Of a stretch of 59,278 bases of DNA, positions 58,372 to 59,278 are shown in pieces (positions within the stretch are counted from its first letter, which is position 1; the number at the start of each line of letters is the position of its first letter). The DNA comes from SAR86 cluster bacterium (GTDB lineage: Bacteria; Pseudomonadota; Gammaproteobacteria; Magnimaribacterales; D2472): the NCBI GenBank assembly GCA_018607365.1, contig JABBBT010000033.1, positions 1-59,278 of the forward strand, written 5' to 3'. The notes under the pieces are model-generated. The model did not search any database. It was given only the letters and a program-made list of their open reading frames with translations, and was not told the origin of the DNA. A program made the translations under genes and the position numbers.

Positions 58372-59200
58372 TTTTTTGTGCGGACTGAAGAGTTTGCAAT
58401 ATTAGAGTATTGATCGTCATAGGGCCCACACCGCCTGGCACTGGCGTATATGCAGACGCTTTAGATTCAATATTCTCCAAATCAATGTCACCACATTTTT
58501 CTGGGTGATAACCAGCGTCTATAACAACGGCATTATCTTTAATCCACTCATATTTGATAAATTCAGGAATTCCAACAGCCCCAACCAAAATGTCTGCTTG
58601 CTTAATAATTTCTTCTATTTTTTGAGTTCTTGAGTGACAAATAGTTACTGTTGCATTTTTATTTAGTAGCATCATAGCCATTGGTTTTCCAAGAATTGGA
58701 CTTCTTCCAACAACAACGGCATTCTTTCCTTGAATTTCTATTTCATAGTGCTCAAGCAGTCTCATTATTCCTGCAGGAGTACATGAGCCAAAAGCAGGCA
58801 AACCCATTGCCATATTTCCAAAACCAAGGCATGTAACACCATCAACATCTTTATTAATATCTATCGCATCAAAGCATTTTCTTTCATCAATTTGAGAAGG
58901 TACAGGGTGTTGAAGAAGTATCCCATGAACCCCTTCATTATTATTAAGGCTATTTATTGAGCTGAGTAACTCCTCAGTGGTGGTCGACTCAGGTAGCTCA
59001 ACAGCAATAGACTCCATACCGACTCTTTTACAAGTATTTCTTTTCATTCGAACATATGTCTCAGAGGAGGGGTCACTACCAACAAGAATTGTTGCTAATG
59101 TTGGGTTAATGCCCTTATTTTTTAGATCAGATACTTCATTTTTAATACTATCTTCAGAAATATGAGCTAAGTTTTTACCATCTAATATAATTGCTGCCAT
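58361..59200 (-). CDS. folD: Bifunctional methylenetetrahydrofolate dehydrogenase/cyclohydrolase
   Basis: [42 protein letters not shown]. Confidence 0.97.
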   Translation of the reverse strand: MAAIILDGKNLAHISEDSIKNEVSDLKNKGINPTLATILVGSDPSSETYVRMKRNTCKRVGMESIAVELPESTTTEELLSSINSLNNNEGVHGILLQHPVPSQIDERKCFDAIDINKDVDGVTCLGFGNMAMGLPAFGSCTPAGIMRLLEHYEIEIQGKNAVVVGRSPILGKPMAMMLLNKNATVTICHSRTQKIEEIIKQADILVGAVGIPEFIKYEWIKDNAVVIDAGYHPEKCGDIDLENIESKASAYTPVPGGVGPMTINTLILQTLQSAQKIKT

Positions 59201-59278
59201 AGAAATATTATGTCATTAATAAATATTTATGCATATGATGATTGCTTATTTTATCTATTAACTTTAATATTTGCACCT

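Noticed and set aside
151-59165. Short antisense or alternative-frame ORFs in the track (e.g. 151-378, 3217-3558, 7313-7669, 25658-25966, 39751-40056, 55314-55640)
   Set aside because: They lie within well-supported genes and show no protein motifs; shadow ORFs.

Overview
AT-rich, very compact bacterial chromosome segment with short intergenic spaces and many overlapping genes. Gene order (rplS-xerD-dsbC-alaC-hom-thrC-prfB-lysS; dnaX-recR-dcd; purMN/DUF2066/hda; htpG-gpsA; folD) fits a streamlined gammaproteobacterium, SAR86-like by inference (taxonomy not verified). It holds about 55 CDS, four tRNAs (Leu-TAG, Val-GAC, Val-TAC, Asp-GTC), fatty-acyl catabolism genes and a Xanthomonas-type acetylcitrulline arginine operon. 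I saw no integrase-bearing island, IS element or CRISPR array. The strongest finding is a complete ribosome-mediated transcription attenuator ahead of the arginine operon: an unannotated, apparently leaderless 14-aa Arg-codon leader peptide (MINTNTRLRRVPAL), a perfect 10-bp antiterminator overlapping its stop codon, and a mutually exclusive U8 terminator. Other findings: a candidate ~70-nt sRNA with promoter, C-rich loop and terminator; an A10 slippage site in dnaX; an in-frame prfB retaining a relic of its frameshift site; an acidic repeat extension on L19; a sigma32 plus ROSE-like hsp20 leader; an unannotated small membrane ORF in a pseudoazurin operon; and several putative leaderless genes. 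All calls come from reading motifs by eye; no searches or folding programs were run.
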